IMG/VR virus record: IMGVR_UViG_3300025127_000028
Span: 1 to 62,058 of that record
From: a virus
Lineage: Duplodnaviria > Caudoviricetes
Direction: 5' to 3' (one strand)
Length of the DNA stretch: 62,058 nucleotides
Under the pieces are notes generated by a model. It did not search any database. It saw only the letters and a list, made by a program, of their open reading frames with translations, and was not told where the DNA came from. Below are positions 8,201-18,600 of this stretch, piece by piece. Positions within the stretch are counted from its first letter, which is position 1, and the number at the start of each line of letters is the position of its first letter. The translations under genes were made by a program, and so were the position numbers.

Positions 8201-11200
8201 CGGCGTAAAACGTTAGCAACAGAATTAAAGAACCTTTGCAATGCGCTGATAGGTTCACCTTTTACGTTTATCTGCGCTAATTTTTGTTGGAACTCTGGGT
8301 TGCTGAATGTCTCCGCTACAAATTCATCTACGTTCTGTGACCCGTATGCAGTGTCTAATGAGTCTTTCACTTCATTAAATAATTTGGTGAGTTGTTTGGT
8401 CAACGGGTGTGACTTGTTAGCCAGTGTCTGTGATGTCGCAGCGTGTGTCATCTCATGCAGAATAGTATGTGGGTTGATACCAGTTTCTGCGTTGAGTGTT
8501 ATTGTGTTGGTCGCGGGGTCAAACATACCAGCCACAGGGTTACCAGATTCATCAGCAACGAACTGCCTTACTTGCACTTTTGTATCGCCAGCAACTTTAG
8601 CCAACGCCCCTGCAAGTTGTGATATACGCCCACTAGGAGATGTAGACTGTATCGCCCGGAGCGCTTCTACTAACTTACCTTGTCTTAACAAGTTACCAAT
8701 CACAGGATGTGTCGGTATGTCGAGACCTACTACAGCGTTCTCGCGTAAATAGTCAGGAAGCAAGTCTAAATCTTCTTGTGTAAACTCAAGAAACTCACTT
8801 TCAGCTTTAGCACGGCGTTCTTGTGCTATATCTTTTTTAATCAGTTTATCTCTTAGCTCTTGTTCTTTTGCTTTCTTACGCTCAGTCTCCACAAAATCTA
8901 CGCTACTATTCTGTCGTCTAATTGAATCTTCTAACGACTGTTGGTGCATTTCAACTAACTTATCTACAGCCGCGTTGGTTTCTGCACTTAAATTTTCTTT
9001 TACCCATTGCCTAGCACGAGTGGCTTCTTTTTTACCTGTATTTGCAAAATACTCCTTTTCGCCCTTACTCATATCCGGTGTGGATCTAAATACATCTTTC
9101 GCAAATACTGTTTCATGCGCTATAACTTCTAACGCATCGTTTGGGTTTTCTTGTTTACTAAAATAAGTTTTTGCGGCTCTAGCTTTTGTTACACTCGCCT
9201 TTTCCCCTGTCTGTTTATCTTTTACTTCAGTCTTTATTAACTCAAGTATTTTAGTGTCATCTGCTTCAGTAGTATTTACATCTAGTGATATAGATTCTGT
9301 GTCACCATCCTTATTTATAAATGTGGCCTTTGGCACTTCCTTAAACTTGCCAGTGTAAAATTTAACGTCCGCTGCTTCTGCTTCGGGAGAAGTCGGGTCT
9401 GCGGCTATTCTTTGTTTTCTTCGTATGTTGGACAGGCTTTTTATTTCTTCTGCAATTAATTTTTGTATTTCTTTTTTAGTTTTAGGTACTTTTTTAGGCA
9501 CAGCTTTCTTTATTGTCGGCTTTTTAGGTGCGGCTTTCTTTGCCTTTGGTTTTGGCTCTGGCTTTGCTTCTGGCTCTACCTGTGGCTGTACCTGTGGCTG
9601 TACCTGTGGCGCAGCTTTTGCCCTTACTGCTTCCTGTGGTCTCTCAATAGCTACCGCTGGTGCTTCAGCAATGGGTTCAACTGTAGGGATGGCAGTGGGT
9701 GTGACCGGCTCTAGTGGAGTTGCGCGGCCTGCTGTTCTTCTTGTAGGAGTTGCGGTTTCTACCTGTGGCGCAGTTTTTTCAGCTAATATATTAGGTAGAT
9801 TATCTTTTAAATTTTTAAAGTCTGGACTTTTCCCAATAACTTTGTTGTCGTTATTTGTGTCTACAGCTTCCCAATCTACACGCTTTCGCACCACTATGCT
9901 GGGTTGGTTTTCTACAACATATTCTGCGTTTTCTGGAGATATACCACCTCTCATATCTCCTGTTTTTGCTGCTTTGGTTTTTCTTAATTTAACAGGTTTC
10001 TCTGTATCTGGCGCAGCTTCTCTAGATGCGAATAAATCGAGCTGCTCATTTATCTTCTCCTTCGTCTCTGGAGATACTTGAGGGTTTGCCGCATGCTCTC
10101 TTAACTGCTGTTGTACTTCAGGCGTGGTAACATCTTTACCTTTAATGCGATTACGGAGAGGCGACGCAGGCTTGATAGCCAAACCATCCATGTCCTCTTC
10201 AGTTACGCTGCGAGTCTGGGCAGCAGTGAGCCTTTCAGGCACAAACGGTACTTCGGTGCGTGGTTTTCTCTCACCTTCTACTACTTGAAATTGTTTAGGT
10301 TTTGCTTCGGGTTCTTCCACTGGTGCAGGACGTTCCGCCCGTTGCACATCTATTGCGCGTTTGATAGTGTTAGTTTCTGACTCGTTAGGTTGTGTATTAG
10401 CGATACCTTGAGCTTCAAGCGCACGGGAAAAATTCTTAGTTAGTGTATCTTCTTGTTTTGTAGGAGTATTTTCAATTACGTCTTGTAATATTGCTGTGCG
10501 TCGTCGTTCTGTGGCTTGCTGTTGTTGTGTGTCTAACTGCCCTGCAATAGTTTCAACGTCGGAAGCCGCACGAGTTTCTTGTTCTTGCCTAAGTTCAGCT
10601 TCTGCTTTGGCATCTTCATCTAGCATAGCCTGTATTTGTGCAGTCTCATCAGCATCAACCATCTCTCGTAGCTGTGCGGACTCTGCTTCTTCAATCATAT
10701 CTGGTTGCACAGCTCTTGGCTGTGGAGTAGTGGGTACTCGTTGGTCAAAAAGATCTAGCTGTGTATCTTGCTCTGGCGCAGTTCCTAACTCGCTATCAGG
10801 GAACAACTCTCCTTGATCAGGTGCAACTACAGGAGCTGTGGGGGCCGTACCAAGGTCTTCACCTGCAAACAACTCACCTTGTGGATCAGGTTCAGCTTGA
10901 TCTGTTGGGGTAGGACTAACACCCCTACGTTTAGTAAGAGCATCAACAAACAGTTGTGTGATAGCTCCAGCACCTGCGCCATACCCTGCGTTTTCTGCTG
11001 TGCCTGCAAGAAGACTGACTTCTTCGTTATATCCAGACTCAACAAGATTCTGAAGTAAGTTTGCTGTAGCTTCTTGTGCGCCTTCAAGTCCACCTGTGGT
11101 AAGAGCATTACCTACACGCTCACTAATGGTCTCTACTTTATCCGGCCCAAGTTTTTCTAAAACCTTACCAACCACAGGTACATCAACAGCTTTGACAAAC

Positions 11201-11829
11201 CTAGTAATAGGTAAAATTTCAAGGATGCCAATAGGGGCAGCTTTTAGTGCGGCAGAAGATCGTTCTTCTTCAGTGGCTCCAGCAGCTCTAGCACGCTCAC
11301 TACCTTCACCAGCAGCGGCACTAACACCAAGCAACCCAGCAACACCTGTGGCAGCGGCAGTAGCGGCGGCGGCGGGCGCAGCATAGGCAGTAAGCGCAGC
11401 AGGCACAGCAATACCAGCAACAGACCCCAATGCCCTTGAAAGGTTATATGTTATAGAGTCTTCGTCTCCACCTTCAGGGCGTATAGCTTCTGCAGTGGCT
11501 TTAATTTTATCTCGTACTGTGTTTTCAGCTTCTTCATCAAGAAGTGCAGCAATACCAAGTGAGGCTGTTTCACCCACATCAATGGCACCAGCACCAAACC
11601 CTTTAGCAATATTTTCAAAAAACCCAGCGTCTTCTTCTTCTTTTTGATTATAGAGCGCATTTATTGAGGCAAGTTGTTTTTCTTCAAGATCTCTTTGGAG
11701 GGCAGCTGTTTCGTTTTCACGGAGTTTGTTTTGCACAATCGCCATGATAGCTTCAGGAGAAGCATCTGCGGGACCACGAACTCTATGCACGACTCCATCT
11801 GCATCTCTTACTTTATGTACAACACTCAT
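5293..11829 (-). CDS. Giant internal virion/ejection protein of large-polyvalent type with a zincin metallopeptidase domain (2178 aa)
   Basis: GMFDP..ILHEMTH..DEFVAE HExxH motif; Gly/Ala hydrophobic segments; last gene of the structural arm. Confidence 0.7.
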   Translation of the reverse strand: MSVVHKVRDADGVVHRVRGPADASPEAIMAIVQNKLRENETAALQRDLEEKQLASINALYNQKEEEDAGFFENIAKGFGAGAIDVGETASLGIAALLDEEAENTVRDKIKATAEAIRPEGGDEDSITYNLSRALGSVAGIAVPAALTAYAAPAAAATAAATGVAGLLGVSAAAGEGSERARAAGATEEERSSAALKAAPIGILEILPITRFVKAVDVPVVGKVLEKLGPDKVETISERVGNALTTGGLEGAQEATANLLQNLVESGYNEEVSLLAGTAENAGYGAGAGAITQLFVDALTKRRGVSPTPTDQAEPDPQGELFAGEDLGTAPTAPVVAPDQGELFPDSELGTAPEQDTQLDLFDQRVPTTPQPRAVQPDMIEEAESAQLREMVDADETAQIQAMLDEDAKAEAELRQEQETRAASDVETIAGQLDTQQQQATERRRTAILQDVIENTPTKQEDTLTKNFSRALEAQGIANTQPNESETNTIKRAIDVQRAERPAPVEEPEAKPKQFQVVEGERKPRTEVPFVPERLTAAQTRSVTEEDMDGLAIKPASPLRNRIKGKDVTTPEVQQQLREHAANPQVSPETKEKINEQLDLFASREAAPDTEKPVKLRKTKAAKTGDMRGGISPENAEYVVENQPSIVVRKRVDWEAVDTNNDNKVIGKSPDFKNLKDNLPNILAEKTAPQVETATPTRRTAGRATPLEPVTPTAIPTVEPIAEAPAVAIERPQEAVRAKAAPQVQPQVQPQVEPEAKPEPKPKAKKAAPKKPTIKKAVPKKVPKTKKEIQKLIAEEIKSLSNIRRKQRIAADPTSPEAEAADVKFYTGKFKEVPKATFINKDGDTESISLDVNTTEADDTKILELIKTEVKDKQTGEKASVTKARAAKTYFSKQENPNDALEVIAHETVFAKDVFRSTPDMSKGEKEYFANTGKKEATRARQWVKENLSAETNAAVDKLVEMHQQSLEDSIRRQNSSVDFVETERKKAKEQELRDKLIKKDIAQERRAKAESEFLEFTQEDLDLLPDYLRENAVVGLDIPTHPVIGNLLRQGKLVEALRAIQSTSPSGRISQLAGALAKVAGDTKVQVRQFVADESGNPVAGMFDPATNTITLNAETGINPHTILHEMTHAATSQTLANKSHPLTKQLTKLFNEVKDSLDTAYGSQNVDEFVAETFSNPEFQQKLAQINVKGEPISALQRFFNSVANVLRRAMGMQTKPVDSALNQADKLIEAMLAPAPESRGAGRLYMQTMVPDKAKAIIDNMVKNTPTWDAAGIKRVKEVLADRFPDKAKNFMLGLLPINALVDVAKARIPMATKLEKLTFEASGKVTEMNSMIEPVVKRVSAWGSKNQDKLDAFNNVIYNSTLEQVDPSKPKSDYTGEKLDAWKAMQDDWNSLGEEGQAHYKSMRNTYKKLYDEMGRILKSKIDEGISDEPTRKKVFAEVYNALYDNGVIEPYFPLTRSGGYWLSYSARDPRTGNMEFYVEAFESKTDRREAQRVMEADPDAEAKDFQSFSNLSEVSYDKAPPTSFVNDVLQTLQTNNVDAEVKEQIMRLFLDSLPERSFAQSFRNRKGTLGFERDAIGALRKRTSSLSRQLVQMEYGQKISAVQKEIKEHVKTVEKNDDTSVLLANELDQRADWAKNPNVENWAQALTTGGFVMTLGANISSAVVNFSQLPMVVMPYLGGKYGYSETMKATGRAMRMFKNSGFKRTSETIGPDGKIKETTSATPSLDNYDFDDPNTPKEVKEYKVLAEVAGRMGQLNRSITYDMLDMDRIDSPMRKIGAVSGWIFHHGERMNRQVALMTAYDLELGAMRKAGKTINDAARTEAAEKAIYVTELTNGGAIATGAPRYAQRGIGKVMFLFKRFGISMTYHLAKLSKEAIKGSPADKLVARKQLAGTVGMAGIIGGAQGIPLMGAIGSVIDLIFGDEDEDDFDTTMRKFLGEGFYGGLGNYLLGVDVASRMGLSDLIFRDRLVQKDQSLFYDAIEMVGGPVVGTALNMERGVGMIADGNVERGIEAMSPAAIRNVLKSYRFATEGANTLRGDPIVGDIGAGHVFGQLLGFAPAEYTKQLQENARIKRKERAAGEQKSKLYKRYYVAARQGDTSEMEAIMKEIIKYNKRFPSTAITNKSFKQSMKAHQRTTSRMHHGIVINPRMRNELMEDAAEYDDTITLWQDLGIAD
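9578..9610. repeat. 12-bp tandem repeat (about 3 copies) encoding PQVQ linker
   Basis: ACCTGTGGCTGT repeated. Confidence 0.85.
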
Positions 11830-13703
11830 TAGTCAGTGCCTTCGTAACTTAACCCACTGCTAGGATCTCCATATGTGCCTGCTATTCTGGCCTCAATATC
11901 TTTTGCTCTATCTGCTAGAGGTTTAAGAGATATAATAATAGCAGAGTTCATTTCTTCTCTAAGAGCCTGCACCACAGATTGATCTGTACCCATTGGAAGG
12001 TTTGCAATTCTGTCTTGATATATTTTTTCATATTTACTACGAACATCACCCATATACTTAGCCACTTTTGATAGAGTATCTTCTGCTTTACCACGATCAA
12101 GTTGCTCAATCTTAAGCATGTCAAGCTCTGCTTGGAGGTTCATCTTCCTATCAGAGGTTTCAGCTTCTAAGTTTGCTACTGCAACTTTAACTTCTTGACT
12201 AGCGTTATTTATGGCTGCGTCCAAAGTACGCCTTGCATCTCGATCTTCCGCTTCCATGTTTGCTGTTTCGGCTTGTAGTTTGCTTTTTGCATTATCACTA
12301 AGCATACCTACTTGAGTCCTATTAAACTGTGTCATAGAACTGACGCCAGATCGTACATTTTCGTTTGCAATTTTATATGCTTCTTGTGCGGAAGAGAACG
12401 CTTTTTCTCTAATTCTTTGTTGTTCGTCTTCAAAAGAACGTTCTATACCTTGGCGTCCGAGCAAACGATTACGTTCTGCTAGTTCCTGTTGCGCTCTAAC
12501 ATCGGCTAACCCTTGAGATCCTCCTGCAAAAGAACCCGCTTTAGCTGTACCACGTAAAAATGCGGATAGTTGTTCCTGCTGAAGTTTTTTGGGATCAAGC
12601 TGCCGTGCATCTAAAGCAGCTAGAGCATCTTGTCTTGCTTTTTCTGCAGCTACACGATCAGAACTCATTCCGAGTTTGTCCAACCCATATGCCAAAGCGT
12701 CATCACGCGCTGCTTTTGGATCTTGCTTCATCAGACCTTTTATACCTTTTAAAGTATCGTCGGTTGAGCTAGCGTCTGACATTTTTACGGCATATCCTGC
12801 AGGGTCAAGAAATTTAGTACGTGCTGCTGGCGCGTCTACTTGCCCTAGACCTGAATCTAAAGTATTTATCCCTGCTGCTACTGGCGGCTTTACTGGCGGG
12901 GGTTGCGCGGCTGGCGGCTCATCATCATATTCGTCTCCCATACCAAAAACTGCTTGTGGTGGTGTTTGTCCTCTACCCTGCAAAGCTCCCGTGCCAAGAA
13001 CATTACCTTGCATGCCTTGAGTTAGTACATTCATTTTGCCCCTGTCTTTATAATCACCCCCAACCATTCTTGTTGGACCAGATTTAAGTGCATCAAAACC
13101 TAATGCAGGATTCATAGCTTTAGGATCTCTAGCTATATCTCTAGCTGCGCGTACCTTTTGAGCTTTAGCAGCGTCATCGTCTAAAGTAGCAGGATCTTTA
13201 TATCCCGGTTTACCTAGTATAGCTTGTATCATTTGATATTTTGTTGACTCGTCTATATCAGTTCGCGCACGAATCTCGGCAATTTCGTCTGCTTGTGCTT
13301 GCCCACCCGTTCTAAACCCAACAATACCGCCCTGTGCCATACGTTGCATATTTGGTCTTGGTTGTGCAGCCAGACCCTGTGGTGATCCTGCACTAGCTAT
13401 ACGTTGCATGTTAGCTTGTTGCCTTGCTTGGTTGTTCTTCATTACACCGGCAACGCCTTTTACTATTTCATCTTTTCTTTGACCCACTGCTTTTTGTTCT
13501 AATTGTTGCGCAATAGTTCCGGGCTGTTGCTGCATTCTTAATTGCATATCTCGTGATATTTCATCTCTTTCTTTTGTTATTTGTTCAAGCGCAAGTAAAT
13601 CAGTAAGCTCTTTACTCATCCTACTGCGTTGTTGCAACGCCGCTGGATTGCTACGGTAGGCATCTTTTTTATCTTCAACTAATCGGTCAATACCATAAGA
13701 CAT
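11829..13703 (-). CDS. Putative internal virion protein (624 aa)
   Basis: Helical, Q/A-rich; MAQGGIVGF motif; ejection-protein cluster. Confidence 0.6.
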   Translation of the reverse strand: MSYGIDRLVEDKKDAYRSNPAALQQRSRMSKELTDLLALEQITKERDEISRDMQLRMQQQPGTIAQQLEQKAVGQRKDEIVKGVAGVMKNNQARQQANMQRIASAGSPQGLAAQPRPNMQRMAQGGIVGFRTGGQAQADEIAEIRARTDIDESTKYQMIQAILGKPGYKDPATLDDDAAKAQKVRAARDIARDPKAMNPALGFDALKSGPTRMVGGDYKDRGKMNVLTQGMQGNVLGTGALQGRGQTPPQAVFGMGDEYDDEPPAAQPPPVKPPVAAGINTLDSGLGQVDAPAARTKFLDPAGYAVKMSDASSTDDTLKGIKGLMKQDPKAARDDALAYGLDKLGMSSDRVAAEKARQDALAALDARQLDPKKLQQEQLSAFLRGTAKAGSFAGGSQGLADVRAQQELAERNRLLGRQGIERSFEDEQQRIREKAFSSAQEAYKIANENVRSGVSSMTQFNRTQVGMLSDNAKSKLQAETANMEAEDRDARRTLDAAINNASQEVKVAVANLEAETSDRKMNLQAELDMLKIEQLDRGKAEDTLSKVAKYMGDVRSKYEKIYQDRIANLPMGTDQSVVQALREEMNSAIIISLKPLADRAKDIEARIAGTYGDPSSGLSYEGTD

Positions 13704-13712
13704 AATTAACCC

Positions 13713-14600
13713 CTAACTTGGAAAGAGTGTATTATACAAGTCCATGATACCGCCACCCGCGCTTGTAATTTTGGATAGCGTGCTAGGCTCTGCATAAGTA
13801 TAAGACTGCGTTGCTAATGGTAAACCTTGCAACAATGATTGCATGTATTGCACTTGTTTATATGGAAAATCTCGCTCTTCTTTAAATTGTGCATAATCTG
13901 CGGCAACACCTTCAGACTCAATAGCCCGTTGTGCTGCACCTAAATCTGCCTGCTTAGTTAATGCTGCTAGACCATATGTATTTGCTGCATCTTGTGCTGT
14001 CTGTTGTCTACCTTGTTCTACGTTAAACTGTTGCTGTGCCTTATCAAACGCAGTGGAATACCCGGCACCTGTAATACCAGCAAGATTCTGTAGTAAATTA
14101 CGGCGATTCTCGGCGTCCATAATAGCTTGACGTGACCCACCAAATGCACCTGCTCGTGTTAACCTACCTGCATCTGCCGTGCGTTGGATATCTGATTGAC
14201 GACGTGCTTCATCAATTTGAGGTTGTAGCGCGGCTTGTATGTAGGGGTTCATAAACTTTTGCGCAGTGCCAGCATCAGTAAAGCTGCCCGGAGTAAACGC
14301 CCCCATTTGCCCCGTAGGCACATTCAACCCAGCTATGCCCTGAAATGCTGCTGTTTGCGGCGCAGATGCCCCCGCAGTAAGAGGTCCACCGTACCCTTGG
14401 TATCCCATAGAGCCAAGAGCCTGACCACGACCAAGCATCTCGGTAACGTAAGGGCCAACATAGTTAGAAAGCGCAGATTCTTGCCCAGTTATCTGCCCTA
14501 CAGTAGGGTCTGCAGCTACCGTGGAGGCTACCCCAAGTCCTGTTTGCGCAGCGGTTGAGGTGGGTGTTTGCACGCCTGCTGTGGTGTTTGCTGTTGACAT
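13713..14600 (-). CDS. Putative DNA-transfer/ejection protein (295 aa)
   Basis: FMNPY and AGAFGGSRQ motifs typical of phage internal proteins. Confidence 0.6.
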   Translation of the reverse strand: MSTANTTAGVQTPTSTAAQTGLGVASTVAADPTVGQITGQESALSNYVGPYVTEMLGRGQALGSMGYQGYGGPLTAGASAPQTAAFQGIAGLNVPTGQMGAFTPGSFTDAGTAQKFMNPYIQAALQPQIDEARRQSDIQRTADAGRLTRAGAFGGSRQAIMDAENRRNLLQNLAGITGAGYSTAFDKAQQQFNVEQGRQQTAQDAANTYGLAALTKQADLGAAQRAIESEGVAADYAQFKEERDFPYKQVQYMQSLLQGLPLATQSYTYAEPSTLSKITSAGGGIMDLYNTLFPS

Positions 14601-14611
14601 AACTTATCCTC

Positions 14612-15661
14612 CTATGCCGGTAGGAATTCTTCAGGGTCGATCTCCTTACCCTGTTTGGTACTACCTGTGCGTGCTTTACGTACTCTATCCATCATATCTT
14701 CCAATACTTTAGCACCTGCGTCCGAGTTGCCATTGCCAAGATGACTTACTACGTCTGCTGGTATTACAAACTCACCATCACTAAGTGCTGCTGGCTGCTC
14801 ACCGTCTATCATGGCAGGCTTCTCATCAGCCATACCATCAGTGGCGCCGTCTAGATATTTACCTTCTTTAAGTCCAGCAATACCACCTTCAGCAAATCCT
14901 ATATAACTTAAAGCCTTGCCACCAGCCTCTTTAAGTCTATCTATCTGTTCGCCTATGTCGCCAGTTATATTGCCTAGATCAAACCCTGAACCTTTACCTT
15001 CATTAACATACCCCAAAAACACATTACCTTGAAACATACCCATTTTACCGTTTGGCATTCTACGTGTTTTTATAGGTTTATTAGATTTAAAAGCCGCTTG
15101 TTGTATAGATGTATTCTCTGGAACATTTATTTTACGTCCAGCAGCGTATCCAACGATACCTCCAGAGGCTATTTGTTGTGTGGGTTGAGTAGCTTGAGCA
15201 GCTTGGGCAGCTTTTGCGGCGGCAGCGGCAGCGGCGGCATCTTCAGCGGCACGAATTGGAGCTAGTTGTTGTCCTTGCCTATTTTGTGCAGCTAGGTTTG
15301 CTCTATTCAAAGCTGCTAGTCCAGCAGCCTCTGCTGTAGGATCACCTCCGCTAAAACTAACATCGGTAAAGTATCTCTGCCCACCACTGCCCGGACGGCG
15401 ATCTGGGTCATATGTGTTGGGGACTTGCATACGAGTGGCTGTGTATGTAGGGATTTTACCTTGATACCCACTTGGCCCTCTACCTCCACCACCTCCACCA
15501 AAAAGATCGTATCCAAATATATCAGCAACTTGACCTGCGGCTCCAAGCGCTGCCGATCCTGCGCCGATCATCTTACCATAGTCGTAATCATACCCTACGA
15601 CATCTCCACTTTCATATTCTGGAGTTCTAAAAGGATCTAGAATACTATCAAAAATACTCAT
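14612..15661 (-). CDS. Putative virion protein (349 aa)
   Basis: C-terminal DG..D..PA.LSDGEFVIPADVV domain; AxGG motifs. Confidence 0.6.
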   Translation of the reverse strand: MSIFDSILDPFRTPEYESGDVVGYDYDYGKMIGAGSAALGAAGQVADIFGYDLFGGGGGGRGPSGYQGKIPTYTATRMQVPNTYDPDRRPGSGGQRYFTDVSFSGGDPTAEAAGLAALNRANLAAQNRQGQQLAPIRAAEDAAAAAAAAKAAQAAQATQPTQQIASGGIVGYAAGRKINVPENTSIQQAAFKSNKPIKTRRMPNGKMGMFQGNVFLGYVNEGKGSGFDLGNITGDIGEQIDRLKEAGGKALSYIGFAEGGIAGLKEGKYLDGATDGMADEKPAMIDGEQPAALSDGEFVIPADVVSHLGNGNSDAGAKVLEDMMDRVRKARTGSTKQGKEIDPEEFLPA

Positions 15662-18600
15662 TATTTGCCCCCAATGAGCCGTAATAGCTCTTCATTAGCA
15701 TCAACGACTCCACCCTGTGCATACGGAGACCTGTAGAATGCGTCCTGCCCAGAGTCTCTAAAAATACTTGCAAAGTCATAAGGATCGCCAATTTCAGCCA
15801 CAGGTTGCGATTTTACCTGCGTTATCCTACCTGCATCTTCCGCTATCATACTCTGCAAATCCCTAACATTACGTTTTTTAGCTTCATCTTCTACTTGTTG
15901 GGCTATTTGCATTTGCGCATCTATTTGTTGTTGTGTTTGAGCATCTAACTGCGCTTGCATTTGCGTTTGAGCATCCATTTGTGCCTGTGTTTGCGCATCT
16001 ATTTGTGCAAATATCCCTGTAGCAGGTTGAAAATTTGAATCTTGCGCAAAGGCAACGTCTTGGCCTTGTAGTGCATTATTTAACAGGTTCTGATCGTTTA
16101 TGTCAACAATACCATCGCCTGTAACGTCATATCCTAACTGTTCATCTGTAAATTTAAATGTACTAGGGTCGGTGAGAGCTTCTTGTTGTGCTATAAGGTC
16201 GGCAACAAAGTCTATATCTACGTCAGTAACCTCGGTTGCAGGTTTGCCAATAATCTCTGCTATAGACTGAATATTAACATCAAGTCCTGCAACATCAGTA
16301 GCAATATCTCCAACCTGATCACCAAGTGTATCAACACCCCCTAGTTTTTCGCTAAGTTGTCCAACATCATATCTTAACGCGTTATACTGCGCTGCGGGCA
16401 ATGCCTCTTTGAGTCGTGCATCTAGTTCTTCTTGGTTATATTGCCCAACCAGTGCGTCCACATCTTCTGGTCTTACATCAGGCAAACCAGCTTTTTTATA
16501 GGCTTCTTGAACTTCTGTGGCGTCCACCATAAAGGGATCAGCCGTTTCTATAACTTCTTTTAATGTATCTGTTTGCAACCCCTGTCTAACAAACTGATCA
16601 ACAAAATTATCTGGTAGTTTACTAACATCAAATCCTTCGCCTTCCAGTTCTGCTATTACTTCTTTTTCAGTAGTCAGTCTATCTTCAGCATAAGTTGTTA
16701 TAGCCTGTTGTTGTTCAGTTTCGTTTACCTGCGCTACAAAAGTATTAATTTCATCTTCTGTTGGGTTGTACCCAAGGTCATCAAGATACTGTTTGGCTTC
16801 TTCGTAGGTTGTAGCCTGCTCATCGAACACACCAGTCTGCAGATTCTGTGTTTCTTGCGCTTCATCTTTTTGTCCTACATAATCTGCGGCCTGTTGTTCT
16901 GTAAGTGTCACACCCTCTGCAGCGGCTGCATCAATTATTTCTTGAGAATCCAGATATCTAGGGTCTACAAAATTATCTACTAAGGCTGCTAAATCTGCAT
17001 CAGCGTTGGCACCGGTAAAGCCAGTAAGCTCGTCTTTTGTAAACTGATACGGTATGTTATTTTCTGTAACATAAGTTGCCGCTGCCTGTTCGGCCTCACC
17101 CGTGCTGGTATAATCTGTGTCAAATACTTGGTTTAAGATGTTTGACTGTACGGTGTTGTCGGATACGCCAAGATCGTTAAGCTGTTGTGTAACACCTGCT
17201 GCGTCTAACCCACCCTCATTCTGTACGACCTTACGCACTTCAGGATTAAACATAATCATTGCATTTGATACTACGTCACCTGTTGCGGCGCCTCCATATA
17301 TAGAACCTGCAACCGTACCGCCAGACAGTGCGCCAAGCACGGAGTTACTAACCACGTTGCCTACAACATCTCGTGTAGGATCTAACTGATACAGCTGTGA
17401 CTCTAGATAAGCTTGCGGCAGTCCTTCTTCTACAGCCTCTTGAGCGGTTTCTTTTGCTACGACATCAAAGGCTTCCGAGAAATTTTTACCACGTTTGCCG
17501 TTAAATATTGCCTTTTCAAAATCGTTGCCGCCTACACCCATAGTAGCAACAGTAGTAACTGCAGCGATTGTACCTGCAGTTATGGCCTTATCTAGTGCAT
17601 ATTCTTGTGCTTCTGCATCGGACATACCTGATTTAAGTGCTGTAGCATAAGCGTCATCATACGCACCGCCAGCCGTGCCACCAAAAGACTCTGATACATC
17701 CAGTACCCCCGCAGTTCCAATAGCGGCACGCTGACTCATCTTTTGTGCAAACTCTTCTCCAGCTTGCTTTAGCCCTGCTTTAACTACGTTAGCTGTACCA
17801 CCACTGGCTATTAGCACAGGAATTTCCTGTAGAAGTTCTTTTGCTATATACTCGGATGCAAAAGTGCCGGGATTAGCCATGGCTGCGCCACCGATAGCTT
17901 TAATTGTATTCCACGCTTTAGCAAACGTGGAGAGCGGCGTGCCGTCTGGGTTGGTAAGTAATTTACCATCTTTATCAAAATTAGCCTTACCGATAGTTTC
18001 TTGAATTTCCGCAGCGGCAGCTTTGTATTCTTCTGTTTTCATATCGCCAGCCATAGCGATAAGATTTTTTGCAGTTTTGCCTAGTGGAGTAGACTCTGGA
18101 TTAATGCCTGCAAGAAGCACCAGATTATTCATGCTATCAAGCAGCTCCCCGCCAGCATCAAGAACTACACCTGCAGTGTTTTTACCAAAATCGCTGCTAG
18201 CAATACTCTGTGCTGTTTCGGTGTTGGCTATGTAGGTAGCTACGTTCTTGGCAAACTCGTATTGCTGCATTAGGCCAGTTACACCTGCCTCTACTGCTTT
18301 ATCTACTGCGTCAGAACTAACGTTTGCAAGTGTATCTAAATATGAACCGGCGTTTGTTTCTTTTAAGGTTTGTAGTGGGGCATATATTGTTAATTCCGAC
18401 ATAGGTTTTCCATCTGAACCTATATTCAAATAGTTACCTTGCATATCTACTGTAGCTTCTCCCAGACCATCTGGATGAGCTACTTTTCTAACTAATGTGC
18501 CGTGTTTACTATCCCACTTAGGTATATTAAATTTAAGAGATACGTCCTCCCAATTCAGTAACCCTTCAGCATTAGTTGATACTCCTGCTTTACCAGTAAG

